Part shown: one piece after another, positions 44,413-53,511 of the stretch
Layout of the letters: the number at the start of each line of letters is the position of its first letter
How positions within the stretch are numbered: position 1 is the stretch's first letter
Origin: Pirellulales bacterium
GTDB lineage: Bacteria > Planctomycetota > Planctomycetia > Pirellulales > JAEUIK01
Length of the DNA: 64,000 bases
Assembly: GCA_019745975.1 (NCBI GenBank)
Contig: JAIESQ010000006.1
Location: 48,433-112,432 of the forward strand
Reading direction: 5' to 3'
Translations under genes and position numbers: made by a program
The notes under the pieces: model-generated
The model's database searches: none
What the model was told of the DNA's origin: nothing
The model's input: only the letters and a program-made list of their open reading frames with translations

Positions 44413-45803
44413 TCGGTGACTAAGCCTACCTGGAGCATGCGGCGGTACAAGCGGGGGCGGGTCGTTCCCAGCAGTTTGGCCGCCCGCGACTTGTTCCCTT
44501 TGGCCTGCCGCAGGGCGCGCTCGATCAGCTCCCGCTCGACGCGGCGCAGAAAATCGTCGAGCACTATCGGCGGCTCGGCGCGAGGCGGCGTGGCGGGTTG
44601 GGCTTCGGTCGCCAGCCGAAACCAGCGCGGCAGATCGCGCACTTGCACCAGCGGGCCATGCGCGGCGCGATGAGCTTCGCCGAGCACCTCCGCAAGTTGT
44701 CCCACATTCTCCGGCCAGGCATACAGAGCCAGGAGGTCGATCACTTCGGGAATGACGCCCGCGAGCTGTTTCTCGCCGTCGGCGTTCAGTTGCTCGACGA
44801 TCGCTTGGGCCAACAGGGGGAGATCGGATGACCGCTCGACTAGCGCAGGGATCTCGATCGCGAGCGTGCTGAGCGCCGCCGCGATGTCGGGGCGAAATTC
44901 GCCTCGGGCGGAAAGCGATTCGAGCGGCGCAGTCGAAGTTCCCAGGATGCGGATCGACAAAGGCGCGTCGGTCAGTCGGGCGGCAAGCTCGCTCTGCGCT
45001 TCGCCTGGCAGTTGCTCGACGTCCAAGAGCAGGAGGGTCGCCCTTGGCGGCCGTGCATGGGCCAGCGACGCCGACAGCGAGGCCCAAGTCGCGCGGAGCA
45101 ATTCGGCGCTGAGCGAGCGGCAGGGCAACGTCGCCGTGGGCTCGAGGGCCTCGTTGCGACCCAACTGGAAAATGACGCGGGCGGCGTGCGCGCGGCCGCT
45201 GCCCAAGGGCCCGATCAGCACGACGTTGGCACGGCTGGCAGCGGCCAGCTCGAGCTGCGCGCGGACACGACGCATCGCTGGCGAATCTCCGGCCAGGCTG
45301 GCCAGGCGGTAGCGGCGGCGCTGCGCGGCCTGGAACTTCGCGAGCCAATCGTGCAGCGCAGCGGCCGAATCGGGATCGGCCGCCGGAACACGCTTTGTCG
45401 CCGCTTCGGAAGGTTCGCCAGCGTGCTCCGCTTCCCAGGGATCGACAAGCGCGAGGACCGCTTCGAGTTGCCCGGCGTTGTCGCGCAGCGGCACGAACTG
45501 GCACCAGCGTGCCGACACATTCTCGGCCGTCGGAATGTGCAGTTGCACGGTGGCGCGGGCGCCATCGAGCACTGCCGGCGGAGGGCAAAGCGCGGCAGCC
45601 AGGGCTTCGCGAGGGGGTAACTCGGTGTCGGCGCAGAAGTAGCAAACGCGACCGACGAGTTGCTCGACGGCGACCCCGGCCCAGGCAGCCAGGGCGTCGT
45701 TGGCAAAGATGATCCGCCGCCGCGCATCGATGACGTACACGGGACCGGCCAGGCACGCCAACAGTCGCCCAAGCTCGGTCAGCGGACTGCGCGGTGATGC
45801 CAT
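44409..45803 (-). CDS. PAS - AAA+ (degenerate) - Fis-type HTH regulator, sigma54-activator-like
   Basis: PAS-like VYVIDARRRIIFANDALAAWAGV. GDSPAMRRV...VVLIGPLGSGRAHAA, where the Walker A Lys is Arg. C-terminal AAKLLGTTRPRLYRRM. No GAFTGA loop seen. Confidence 0.8.
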   Translation of the reverse strand: MASPRSPLTELGRLLACLAGPVYVIDARRRIIFANDALAAWAGVAVEQLVGRVCYFCADTELPPREALAAALCPPPAVLDGARATVQLHIPTAENVSARWCQFVPLRDNAGQLEAVLALVDPWEAEHAGEPSEAATKRVPAADPDSAAALHDWLAKFQAAQRRRYRLASLAGDSPAMRRVRAQLELAAASRANVVLIGPLGSGRAHAARVIFQLGRNEALEPTATLPCRSLSAELLRATWASLSASLAHARPPRATLLLLDVEQLPGEAQSELAARLTDAPLSIRILGTSTAPLESLSARGEFRPDIAAALSTLAIEIPALVERSSDLPLLAQAIVEQLNADGEKQLAGVIPEVIDLLALYAWPENVGQLAEVLGEAHRAAHGPLVQVRDLPRWFRLATEAQPATPPRAEPPIVLDDFLRRVERELIERALRQAKGNKSRAAKLLGTTRPRLYRRMLQVGLVTE

Positions 45804-45859
45804 GCCTGCGAGTTTAGTCTTGCCGCGCTGCGGACGGAAAGACCCCACACGCGTAGCGC

Positions 45860-46258
45860 TTAACCGGCGGAGAAGAGCGCTGCCAGGCGGACGCCAAACA
45901 CCAGCGCGCCGACCCCCACGGCACCGACGGCCACCAGGAGCACCGCGCCGCTGGCGATATCCAGCGCGTCGCGCAGGCGTTCGTCGAAGTCGCGTGTGAT
46001 CGTCTGCGAAATCAGCTCGAGCGACGTGTTGAACAACTCGGCGACGAGCACGGCGGTCACGCACAACAAGAGCAGGCACCATTCGAGCCGCGTGACCCGC
46101 AGCACGAAGCCGGCCACGATCACGGCCAGCGCTGCGAACAGGTGGACGGCGAAGCTGCTCTGATCGCGCACCCCCTGCCGCACGCCGCGGAAAGCATGGC
46201 GGAACTTGCGCACCCAGTAGCGGGGGCCGGACAACGGTTGAGGCGACCAGTGGGTCAT
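45860..46258 (-). CDS. dgkA: Diacylglycerol kinase (prokaryotic DAGK family)
   Basis: FAVHLFAALAVIVAGFVL...EWCLLLL...AELFNTSLE...ALDIASGAVLL matches DgkA topology and motifs. Confidence 0.8.
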   Translation of the reverse strand: MTHWSPQPLSGPRYWVRKFRHAFRGVRQGVRDQSSFAVHLFAALAVIVAGFVLRVTRLEWCLLLLCVTAVLVAELFNTSLELISQTITRDFDERLRDALDIASGAVLLVAVGAVGVGALVFGVRLAALFSAG

Positions 46259-46360
46259 GGGAACAGGCTTGAGTCGTGAGGCTTGAGGCTGTTAGCCGCA
46301 GACTGAGCTTGTCGTAGCCCGCGCGCTAGGGTGTTTGACGTTTGGACTTGTCAGCTCCCG

Positions 46361-49300
46361 TTACTCCAATCCGAACGCGCCGGCGACCGGCACGCGCATG
46401 CCGCGTGCACGGCTGGTGGGCAGGAACCGCGGCTCGACCATGATTGTGCCGCCGACGTTGTTCTTGCTGGCGTCGACCGTCACACCCAAGCTCATCAGGA
46501 ACGATTCGCCGATGCGTGTAAGGGTGAAGTTCTGGCCGATGTTGCGGCCGCGCAGATCGAGCGACGCGCCAGCCGAGGAGAGCCACTTCGGGCTCAGGAG
46601 GTAGCTATACGAAGCGGTGAGCACGTCGGCCTTAAAGGCTTGCAGGGCCCCCGGCACGTACGGCCCACGCAGCATGCGCAAACCGACGTAGAGGTTGCCG
46701 CGCGGCGGGCGGGTGAGGAAGCCGCCGACGGAGACGATCTGCTGCCCCTGAGTGAAGAAGTCGAAGATGCCGTCGGAGACCAGGCTGAAGCGGTCGCCGA
46801 CGTTCCAGCGATAGTCGTAGTTCAACAGACCGAACGGTTCGCCGAAGTTATCGCGGCCAGGATTGGGAAACCAGACCACGCCGGTGTCGAACAGCATCCA
46901 ATCGATGATCCGCCGCTGCCCCGGCAGGCCGCGCTTGGTTTGCAAGCGTTGACGCAAGTTGAGCCGGCCGGTCGCCAGCGTGTCGGCGATTTCGAGGCTC
47001 GGGCTGGTGACGTTGCTCGCCAGGCCGTAGCGCACGGCGTAGAGCCGCTCGTCGAACTGCGGCGGGATGAAAAATGGCGACGCGTTGTTCACCATGTTCG
47101 GCGGAATTCCGAAGGTCGTGTCGATGAAGCGGCGACGGAACAAGAGAATGTTGTTGTCGTCGATTCGCTCGTAGAGCGGCAGATCGGTGACGCTCTGGCT
47201 GCTGTCAGCCCAGGAGAAGTCGGTTTCGAGCGCCACCTTGTGCGCCAGGCCGTGCACGTTAAACAACGTGCTTTCGACGTTGGGATTGCTGCTCCAGAAG
47301 GGGAGCGCGGCCCGCACCCCCGCCTGGCCGTAGAGGCGGTTGAAGTTCGAATCGTTGAGCGACGCGCCCCAGTGCGCGGCTTCACCCAGGCCATAGGGAA
47401 CGACCTTGAGGGGCCCGAGGTTAAGGGGCAAGTCGATCTCTTGGCGCGTGATCAGGCGTTCGCCGCGGCGCGGTTGTTCCCAGGGGAGCAGGTGCCATTG
47501 ATCGGCGTCGTTGGGGTCGGTCGGCGGAGCCGAGACGCGCAACTGGCCGTAGGCGGCGGTCGAGTGCTCGTACCAGGTGAGCCAATCGCCCAACAGCGGC
47601 TGGCCGAGCCAGTAGTGATCGACCTTCGGCAGCCAGTTCGGCTCGGTGAAGAAGGGGTTGAGCCGGACGTCGGTTTCGAGGTTCAGCGAGCGGTTATCGC
47701 GCAGCCGCTTGAGCTCCAGGCCAGTCGACGGGTCCTTGAATTCGTCCCACTCCTTCTCGTAGTACTGTTCGAGGAAGTTGAAGTCGCTGATGTAGCCGAC
47801 CTGACCGGTGAGTTGCCAATCGCCGGGGAGCAACTGGCGATGGCGACCCAAGACGCGGCCGCGCATGGGGTGCGGGAAGGTTATCGAGCGGCGATTCAGG
47901 CCGAGGTTGTCGATGCCGGTATCGTAAATACCCCAAGCGTCGAGCAAGCCCGAGGCCGGCCCATCGAGCCCGAACAAATTCTGTCGGCTATAGAAGAACG
48001 AAGTCCCGCCGGCCGGGCCGCGCTTGCTGAAGTAGTCGCCGTTCAATAACCAATCGGTGCCGGCAGGCTTGTTGCGGATGCCGAGCAACTGGTAAGTATC
48101 AAAGCTGGTGAGCAACTGGGTGCCAAAGATGCGGTCGTTGCGGAACAGGATCCGCCGCAGGTAGAAGCTCGGCTCGGTCAGGTCGGTCGCCAGTGTGGGC
48201 CAGTAGAAGACCGGCACGGGACCGAGGAATGCAAGGTTGTTGCGACTGGTGGCCAGCCGCTGATGATCGACCATCGGCTCGCCCGTTTCGGGGTTGAGCA
48301 TGACGGCGCCGCTGGCCGGATCGACGCGCGGGCGCTGCAAGTCTTCGACGAAGATTTCGCCCGCCTGCAAGCGGTAACCCGGCGACGCCAGCCGGCTCGA
48401 AGTCAGGTAGCTCTGCTGGGCGACGAAGCGATCGCGCCCGGTAATCCGCAAGATCTCCGACTTGAGCTTGAGCATGCCCGCGTACTCGGGCACGGGGGTG
48501 AGCAATTCGGCCTTGATGACGACGCCGTGCTCGTTGGGGACGTTGTAGTACATGCGATCGGCGTAGACGACGCGATCCCCTTCGCGGAAGACGATGTTCC
48601 CTTCGACGTAGAGCTCGAGCGGGACGTCGTCGGACTGCAGGGTTTCGGCGAGCAGGTTCGGTTCGGCGGCGCCGGCGGTCCAAACGACAACGCGATCGGC
48701 GGCGATATCGAGCACGCCGACGCCGGGCAGGCCGTCGACGAGCACGCGCACGCCGTTGTCGATGGTGCCGATCCACTCCATGCCGGTGCTACTGGGGAAC
48801 CACTTGATCCGCATCGGCACCGTGCTGCGCGGTACAACGCGCACACGCCGCGGGGTGATGGGGGGACGGCCGCCGGCGGGCGGAGCCGCTTCCTCGGGCG
48901 CGACACTCACGGGGCCTGGCGCGGGAGCGACGGCGGCGTCGGCCGGCGGCGCGATGGGAGGCTGCGCCACTGGCGGGGCAGCCCCAGGCACGGGCGCGGC
49001 GATGGGCATCGGCGGGTCGGCGGCCGGCTGATTGAACTGCGCTTGGCGGATGCTCGCCCAAGGCTTCGGCGTGCGGCGGGCGTGTCCGCGCAAGTAGACG
49101 GGGGGCTTCTGCTGGGGCTCGACGCGCGGCGGCGGAGTGTCGAAGCGCAAGGTGCGCGTCGAGACGAATTCGCCGAGCCAACTGGCCGATTTCACTTCGG
49201 CGCGCCCCTCGGCATCGACGAACTCGATCGCGACGTTGCCTTCGAGGTAAGTGCTGACGCGACTGAGAGGCTGCCCGGCGGGGCCTTCTTCTTGCGAGAT

Positions 49301-49600
49301 CCAAAGCACGGCTTCTTCGGAGCGGGCCACCGTTTGCCCCTGGCGCAACTCGCAATCGCCCGAGAGCACCCACACGTCGTAGGCCCCTTGGACCCAGCGC
49401 TGCGCGGCGCGGGCGGTGATCGAGAGGGGCTCGCGCGCGTCGGGAATGGGCATGAGCACGTCGGCGCGGGCACGCGCGGCGAAGAGACCGATCGCGAAGA
49501 CAAGCCCGATGAGCAGCGCGCGTAGCAGACTGCCGGCGCGCATGGCGCGCGGGGGCGCGGAGCGACCGTTCGCGCAACGTGCGCGCGGCCGCGCGTGCAT
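46361..49600 (-). CDS. LptD/OstA-like outer-membrane LPS-assembly protein
   Basis: OstA-like N-domain (WVLSGDCELRQGQTVARSEEAVLW...YLEGNVAIEF) followed by a very large beta-barrel-type region. Start uncertain (49600 or 49543). Confidence 0.7.
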   Translation of the reverse strand: MHARPRARCANGRSAPPRAMRAGSLLRALLIGLVFAIGLFAARARADVLMPIPDAREPLSITARAAQRWVQGAYDVWVLSGDCELRQGQTVARSEEAVLWISQEEGPAGQPLSRVSTYLEGNVAIEFVDAEGRAEVKSASWLGEFVSTRTLRFDTPPPRVEPQQKPPVYLRGHARRTPKPWASIRQAQFNQPAADPPMPIAAPVPGAAPPVAQPPIAPPADAAVAPAPGPVSVAPEEAAPPAGGRPPITPRRVRVVPRSTVPMRIKWFPSSTGMEWIGTIDNGVRVLVDGLPGVGVLDIAADRVVVWTAGAAEPNLLAETLQSDDVPLELYVEGNIVFREGDRVVYADRMYYNVPNEHGVVIKAELLTPVPEYAGMLKLKSEILRITGRDRFVAQQSYLTSSRLASPGYRLQAGEIFVEDLQRPRVDPASGAVMLNPETGEPMVDHQRLATSRNNLAFLGPVPVFYWPTLATDLTEPSFYLRRILFRNDRIFGTQLLTSFDTYQLLGIRNKPAGTDWLLNGDYFSKRGPAGGTSFFYSRQNLFGLDGPASGLLDAWGIYDTGIDNLGLNRRSITFPHPMRGRVLGRHRQLLPGDWQLTGQVGYISDFNFLEQYYEKEWDEFKDPSTGLELKRLRDNRSLNLETDVRLNPFFTEPNWLPKVDHYWLGQPLLGDWLTWYEHSTAAYGQLRVSAPPTDPNDADQWHLLPWEQPRRGERLITRQEIDLPLNLGPLKVVPYGLGEAAHWGASLNDSNFNRLYGQAGVRAALPFWSSNPNVESTLFNVHGLAHKVALETDFSWADSSQSVTDLPLYERIDDNNILLFRRRFIDTTFGIPPNMVNNASPFFIPPQFDERLYAVRYGLASNVTSPSLEIADTLATGRLNLRQRLQTKRGLPGQRRIIDWMLFDTGVVWFPNPGRDNFGEPFGLLNYDYRWNVGDRFSLVSDGIFDFFTQGQQIVSVGGFLTRPPRGNLYVGLRMLRGPYVPGALQAFKADVLTASYSYLLSPKWLSSAGASLDLRGRNIGQNFTLTRIGESFLMSLGVTVDASKNNVGGTIMVEPRFLPTSRARGMRVPVAGAFGLE

Positions 49601-49831
49601 CGGCAGCACCGACTCGAAGCTCAGCAGTTTGACGTTCCTTCGGTCGCGCGGAGAAGGACGTAACGAGACGCTGACTGCGTCGTCGCAACGCGAAGGTGAC
49701 AAGACCTTTAAGACATGAAAACGGAACCCCGCGCGGGGGCGGATTATAAGAACGCCGCGCCGCCAGGGTCAAGCCGGGTTGGAGGTCGTGCGGCGCGCTT
49801 CAAGTTCAGATTGCAGGGTCACTTACGCCTG

Positions 49832-51235
49832 CTAGCGCTGCGGATGCTGCGCGCCGCGCAGGCGGCTCGCGCCAGCAGCCGCCAAGAGGGCGACGACGGG
49901 CATGACCGGGGCGCGCATCCGCAGGTCGCTCCAATAAACGGCGTGGACTACCGAAAGCGCCACGACCAGGAGCACGCCCGCCAGCCAGCTTGCCCGCCTG
50001 GGGCTGTTTGCCGCGACGGTCAAGCCGACGACGGCCAGCGCAAATTCGGCAAGGTACCAGGTGGCGATCAGCCAGCGTGTGCTGGCACTGTCGAGAGGCG
50101 AGCCGTGCGCGCTAGCGTGCGGCGCGAGGCTCCAGAACCGGCCGAGCCGCACGGCCGTCGCGCGGACGAAGCCGACAGGATCGTCGCGCATCGTGTCGAT
50201 CGCTAATTGCCGCGCGAGGCGGTCTTCGTCGACTTCGTTGTCGATGCCGGCCGCACGCTTGCGGGCGAGCCAGTCGTCGACGAACTCGCGCGAATCCCAA
50301 ATGGTCCCCCACGCGCCTTCGCGCAACCAGCCGTAGAAGCGCGTGTTGTTGGCCAACAGCAGCGTGTAGCCGCCATGCGTAGTGGTGACGATCGGCCGGC
50401 CGAGCTCGCGCCAGTTTCGCGCGGCCCACGGCGCGAGGGCCAGCGCGAATGCCGCGATAGCCAGCGCCGGTTGCAAAAGTTGCCGAGTTCTCCAGCCATA
50501 CCCAGCGGACCAGGCCATGATCAAGAATCCCCAGAGCAGGAAGGTTGGTCGGCACATGACCGCCATCCCAAGCAAGATGCCGGCGGCAACCGCGCGCAGA
50601 TGTGGACGTTGCTCCGCGACGAGGATCGACCACGCACCCACGGCCAGGAGCGTGGCCAGCGTCTCGGTCATCACTTGCGCCGACTGATAGACCAAGAGCG
50701 GATCGCAGATCACAAGCACCGCGGCCAGCAGCGACCACCGTCCAAGTCCTAATCGCCAGCCGAGATACAGCACGAGGAGCGCGGTCGCCACTCCGCAGAT
50801 GACCTGCGTCACTCCGACCGAAACGACGAAGGCGCGCTCGGCCTGCTCGGGCCCTGCCCAATCACTGATCCACAGCAGCTTGGCCAGGAGCAACGGATAG
50901 AGGGGTGGTCGCCAGGCGGTCGGCTGTCCGTCGCGCAGCAAGTCGCCGTGATCGACCAGCGAGCGGGCGACGACGCGGTAGCCGTCGGGATCGCGCGCGA
51001 GGTTGTCGGCCAACCGCCAAACCGCCGCGCCGCGAACTGCCATCGCCAGGAGCGCCACGGCCACGACGGTGGCAATCGTCGGTCGCTGATTGGCCCCGAG
51101 GGAAGTGGTAATTGCAACCGCCTTCGTGCAAGTGCCCGCCGCCGCGGGGCGTTGGTCGCAGTGGCGGGCGCGTGTAAAATGCCGGCCGCCCGCTCCAAGT
51201 ATTGGATTATCCGCTCGACCACTTCCACCCGCCAC
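49832..51235 (-). CDS. GT-C fold glycosyltransferase (family 39/83-like, PMT_2)
   Basis: Multi-TM protein with DPDGYRVVARSLVDHG...WRPPLYPLLL N-terminal loop. Start uncertain because the ORF overlaps the divergent MMPL gene. Confidence 0.75.
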   Translation of the reverse strand: MAGGSGRADNPILGAGGRHFTRARHCDQRPAAAGTCTKAVAITTSLGANQRPTIATVVAVALLAMAVRGAAVWRLADNLARDPDGYRVVARSLVDHGDLLRDGQPTAWRPPLYPLLLAKLLWISDWAGPEQAERAFVVSVGVTQVICGVATALLVLYLGWRLGLGRWSLLAAVLVICDPLLVYQSAQVMTETLATLLAVGAWSILVAEQRPHLRAVAAGILLGMAVMCRPTFLLWGFLIMAWSAGYGWRTRQLLQPALAIAAFALALAPWAARNWRELGRPIVTTTHGGYTLLLANNTRFYGWLREGAWGTIWDSREFVDDWLARKRAAGIDNEVDEDRLARQLAIDTMRDDPVGFVRATAVRLGRFWSLAPHASAHGSPLDSASTRWLIATWYLAEFALAVVGLTVAANSPRRASWLAGVLLVVALSVVHAVYWSDLRMRAPVMPVVALLAAAGASRLRGAQHPQR

Positions 51236-51237
51236 CC

Positions 51238-53490
51238 ATGCCGCTGACGACGATATCGGAGCGCATCACCGCGGGGCTGATTCGCTGGCGAATGCCGCTC
51301 TTGGCGGCGGCCGTCGTCGCGACGCTCTTGTCGGTGCGACCGGCAGGGCGGTTGGGCTTCGACCGCTCGGTCGAAAACATGTTCGCGCCCGACGACCCGC
51401 TACTGGTCCCCTATCAGCAGCTCAAGCGCACCTTTGGCGGCAACGAGCTCGCGCTGGCGGCCTACGTCGATCCGCAACTGCTGACGACCGGCGGCTTGGC
51501 GCGATTGGGCGACCTGACGACGGCTCTGGCCGCCGTGCCGGGCGTGCAGAGCGTGCTCAGCTTGTCAGCGGTGCCGTTCGTGGCCGATTTTCTCGACAAG
51601 CCCGATCAATTGCAGCCACTGTTGGATGTGTTCGAAGGTTACCTGGTGAGCAAGGACCGGCGGACCGCGGCAGTGGTCTGCATGCTGGCCCCCGAGGAAG
51701 ACTCGAACAAGCGGAGCGAGACGGTCCGGCTGCTGCGCGAACACGTCGCCAAGCACGACCCCACCGGCGTATTGACCGGCGAGCCGGTGATGGTGTGCGA
51801 GGGGTTCCGGTCGCTGGAGGAAGACGGCGAGCTGTTGGGGCGGATCTCGACCGGACTGCTGATGCTGACGATCGTGCTCTGTTTTCGCAGCTTGCGGTGG
51901 GTGATCGCGCCGGTGGCGGTGGTCGTGGCCGCGCTGTGGCTCACCAAGGCGCTGCTCGTGCTCGGCGGCTTCCGCCTGAGCATGGTGAGCAGCATGCTGT
52001 GGTCGATCATCACGGTGATCGGCGTGGCCCACGTGGTGCACATCATCGTCAAGTTCCGTGAGGAGCGCGAAAAAGGGACCACGCCGCGCGGCGCGTTTCT
52101 GGCGTGCGGCAGCATGCTGACGGTGCCGATCATCTGGGTCTGCCTGACCGACACGGCGGGCTTCGCGTCGCTGCTGGCGGCGAACGTCGGGCCGGTGCAG
52201 GATTTCGGCGCGATGATGGCGATCGGTTCGGTGTTCGTGCTGTTGTGCATCGCCCTGGTGTTGCCTGGCGTGGCGTTGTCGGGCAAGTTCGACGCCGATC
52301 CGCATCGCGCTTGGGGGGAAGAGAATCTCGATCGTGGCCTGCACGACATTGTCTATTGGCTGGAGCGGCGGCCGCGCACCGTCGGTTTCGCGGCGCTGGT
52401 GTTCATCGGGGTATCGCTCATCGGTTATCGCTGGCTGGAGGTCGAAACCGACTTCACAAAGAACTTTCGCGCGTCGAGCCCCGTGGTGCACAGCTATCAA
52501 TTCGTCGAGACCAACCTGGGCGGGGCCGGCGTGTGGGACATCTTTCTCCCCCTGCCGGCCGAGGTGGACGCGGCGTTCTTCCAGCGCGTCGGCGCGCTGG
52601 AAGACGAGCTGCGAAAATCGGTGCAGGTGGTCAACGAGCGCCAGGAAATGGTGCCGGGCCTGACCAAGGTGCTCAGCGTGGTCGACACACTCGACGCGAT
52701 GCGAAAGAGCTTCACCGCGGCGCTGGCGGGTTCGAATCTGTCGCTGGAGAACCTGCTGCCGCTCGAAGAGCTGCTCGACCAGTTTCGCCGCGCGATGCCG
52801 GGAGCGTACGGGGCACTCATCGGCCGCGATCCGGTCGACGGTCGGCAATACCTGCGGATCATGCTACGCGCCCGCGAGCGGCAGCCGTCGGATCAGAAGA
52901 ACGTGCTCATCGCGCAGGTGCGCGAGGTGTGCGCCAAACACTTCGGCGAGGAGGCCCGAGTGACCGGCTTCTTCGTGCTGTTGACGAACCTGATCGACAG
53001 CATGATCCGCGATCAGTGGGTGTCGTTCCTGATCGCCACGACGTCGATCTGGCTGATGATGGTCGTGGCGTTCCGCAGCGTGCTGTTGGCGGTGATCGCC
53101 ATGATCCCCAACGCCCTGCCGATCATGGTCGTGTCGGGATTGATGGGCTGGCTCGACGTGCACATCAACATGGGGGCGGCGATGATCGCGGCGGTGTCGA
53201 TGGGGCTGGCCGTCGATTCGTCGATCCACTACATCTACGAATTCCTCGACGCCCGGCGCGACGGGCTCGGCGTGTACGCGGCAATCGATCGCGTGCACCA
53301 GAGCGCCGGCCGGGCGATGGTCTTCTCCACGCTATCGCTGGTCGTGGGCTTCAGCGCGCTGGTGTTCAGCCAGTTCGTGCCGCTCGTTTATTTCGGCGTG
53401 CTGATGGGGTTGTCGATGATCGGCGGCATGCTGGGCAACTTGATCTTATTGCCGCTCTTGCTGCGATTGTGGTCGGGCGAGCGGATTTAG
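51238..53490 (+). CDS. MMPL/RND-superfamily transporter (HpnN-like)
   Basis: About 750 aa with two 6-TM bundles and duplicated sterol-sensing-like segments (LWSIITVIGVAHVVHII and MIAAVSMGLAVDSSIHYI). Confidence 0.85.
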   Translation: MPLTTISERITAGLIRWRMPLLAAAVVATLLSVRPAGRLGFDRSVENMFAPDDPLLVPYQQLKRTFGGNELALAAYVDPQLLTTGGLARLGDLTTALAAVPGVQSVLSLSAVPFVADFLDKPDQLQPLLDVFEGYLVSKDRRTAAVVCMLAPEEDSNKRSETVRLLREHVAKHDPTGVLTGEPVMVCEGFRSLEEDGELLGRISTGLLMLTIVLCFRSLRWVIAPVAVVVAALWLTKALLVLGGFRLSMVSSMLWSIITVIGVAHVVHIIVKFREEREKGTTPRGAFLACGSMLTVPIIWVCLTDTAGFASLLAANVGPVQDFGAMMAIGSVFVLLCIALVLPGVALSGKFDADPHRAWGEENLDRGLHDIVYWLERRPRTVGFAALVFIGVSLIGYRWLEVETDFTKNFRASSPVVHSYQFVETNLGGAGVWDIFLPLPAEVDAAFFQRVGALEDELRKSVQVVNERQEMVPGLTKVLSVVDTLDAMRKSFTAALAGSNLSLENLLPLEELLDQFRRAMPGAYGALIGRDPVDGRQYLRIMLRARERQPSDQKNVLIAQVREVCAKHFGEEARVTGFFVLLTNLIDSMIRDQWVSFLIATTSIWLMMVVAFRSVLLAVIAMIPNALPIMVVSGLMGWLDVHINMGAAMIAAVSMGLAVDSSIHYIYEFLDARRDGLGVYAAIDRVHQSAGRAMVFSTLSLVVGFSALVFSQFVPLVYFGVLMGLSMIGGMLGNLILLPLLLRLWSGERI

Positions 53491-53511
53491 TGCGTTCTTC
53501 GCACAGTGCGA

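Noticed and set aside
44413-45756. Upstream 448 codons of ORF 43909..45756 (615 aa)
   Set aside because: It runs out of frame over the PAS-AAA-HTH regulator and is extremely Arg/Ala/Pro/Ser-rich. Only the last 167 codons, from ATG 44412 (overlapping the regulator stop), look like real protein.
46331-48049. 572-aa plus-strand ORF
   Set aside because: It is antisense to the LptD-like gene. Its Arg/Ala/Gly/Val/Glu-rich composition is typical of spurious ORFs in very GC-rich DNA. No RBS or recognisable motif.
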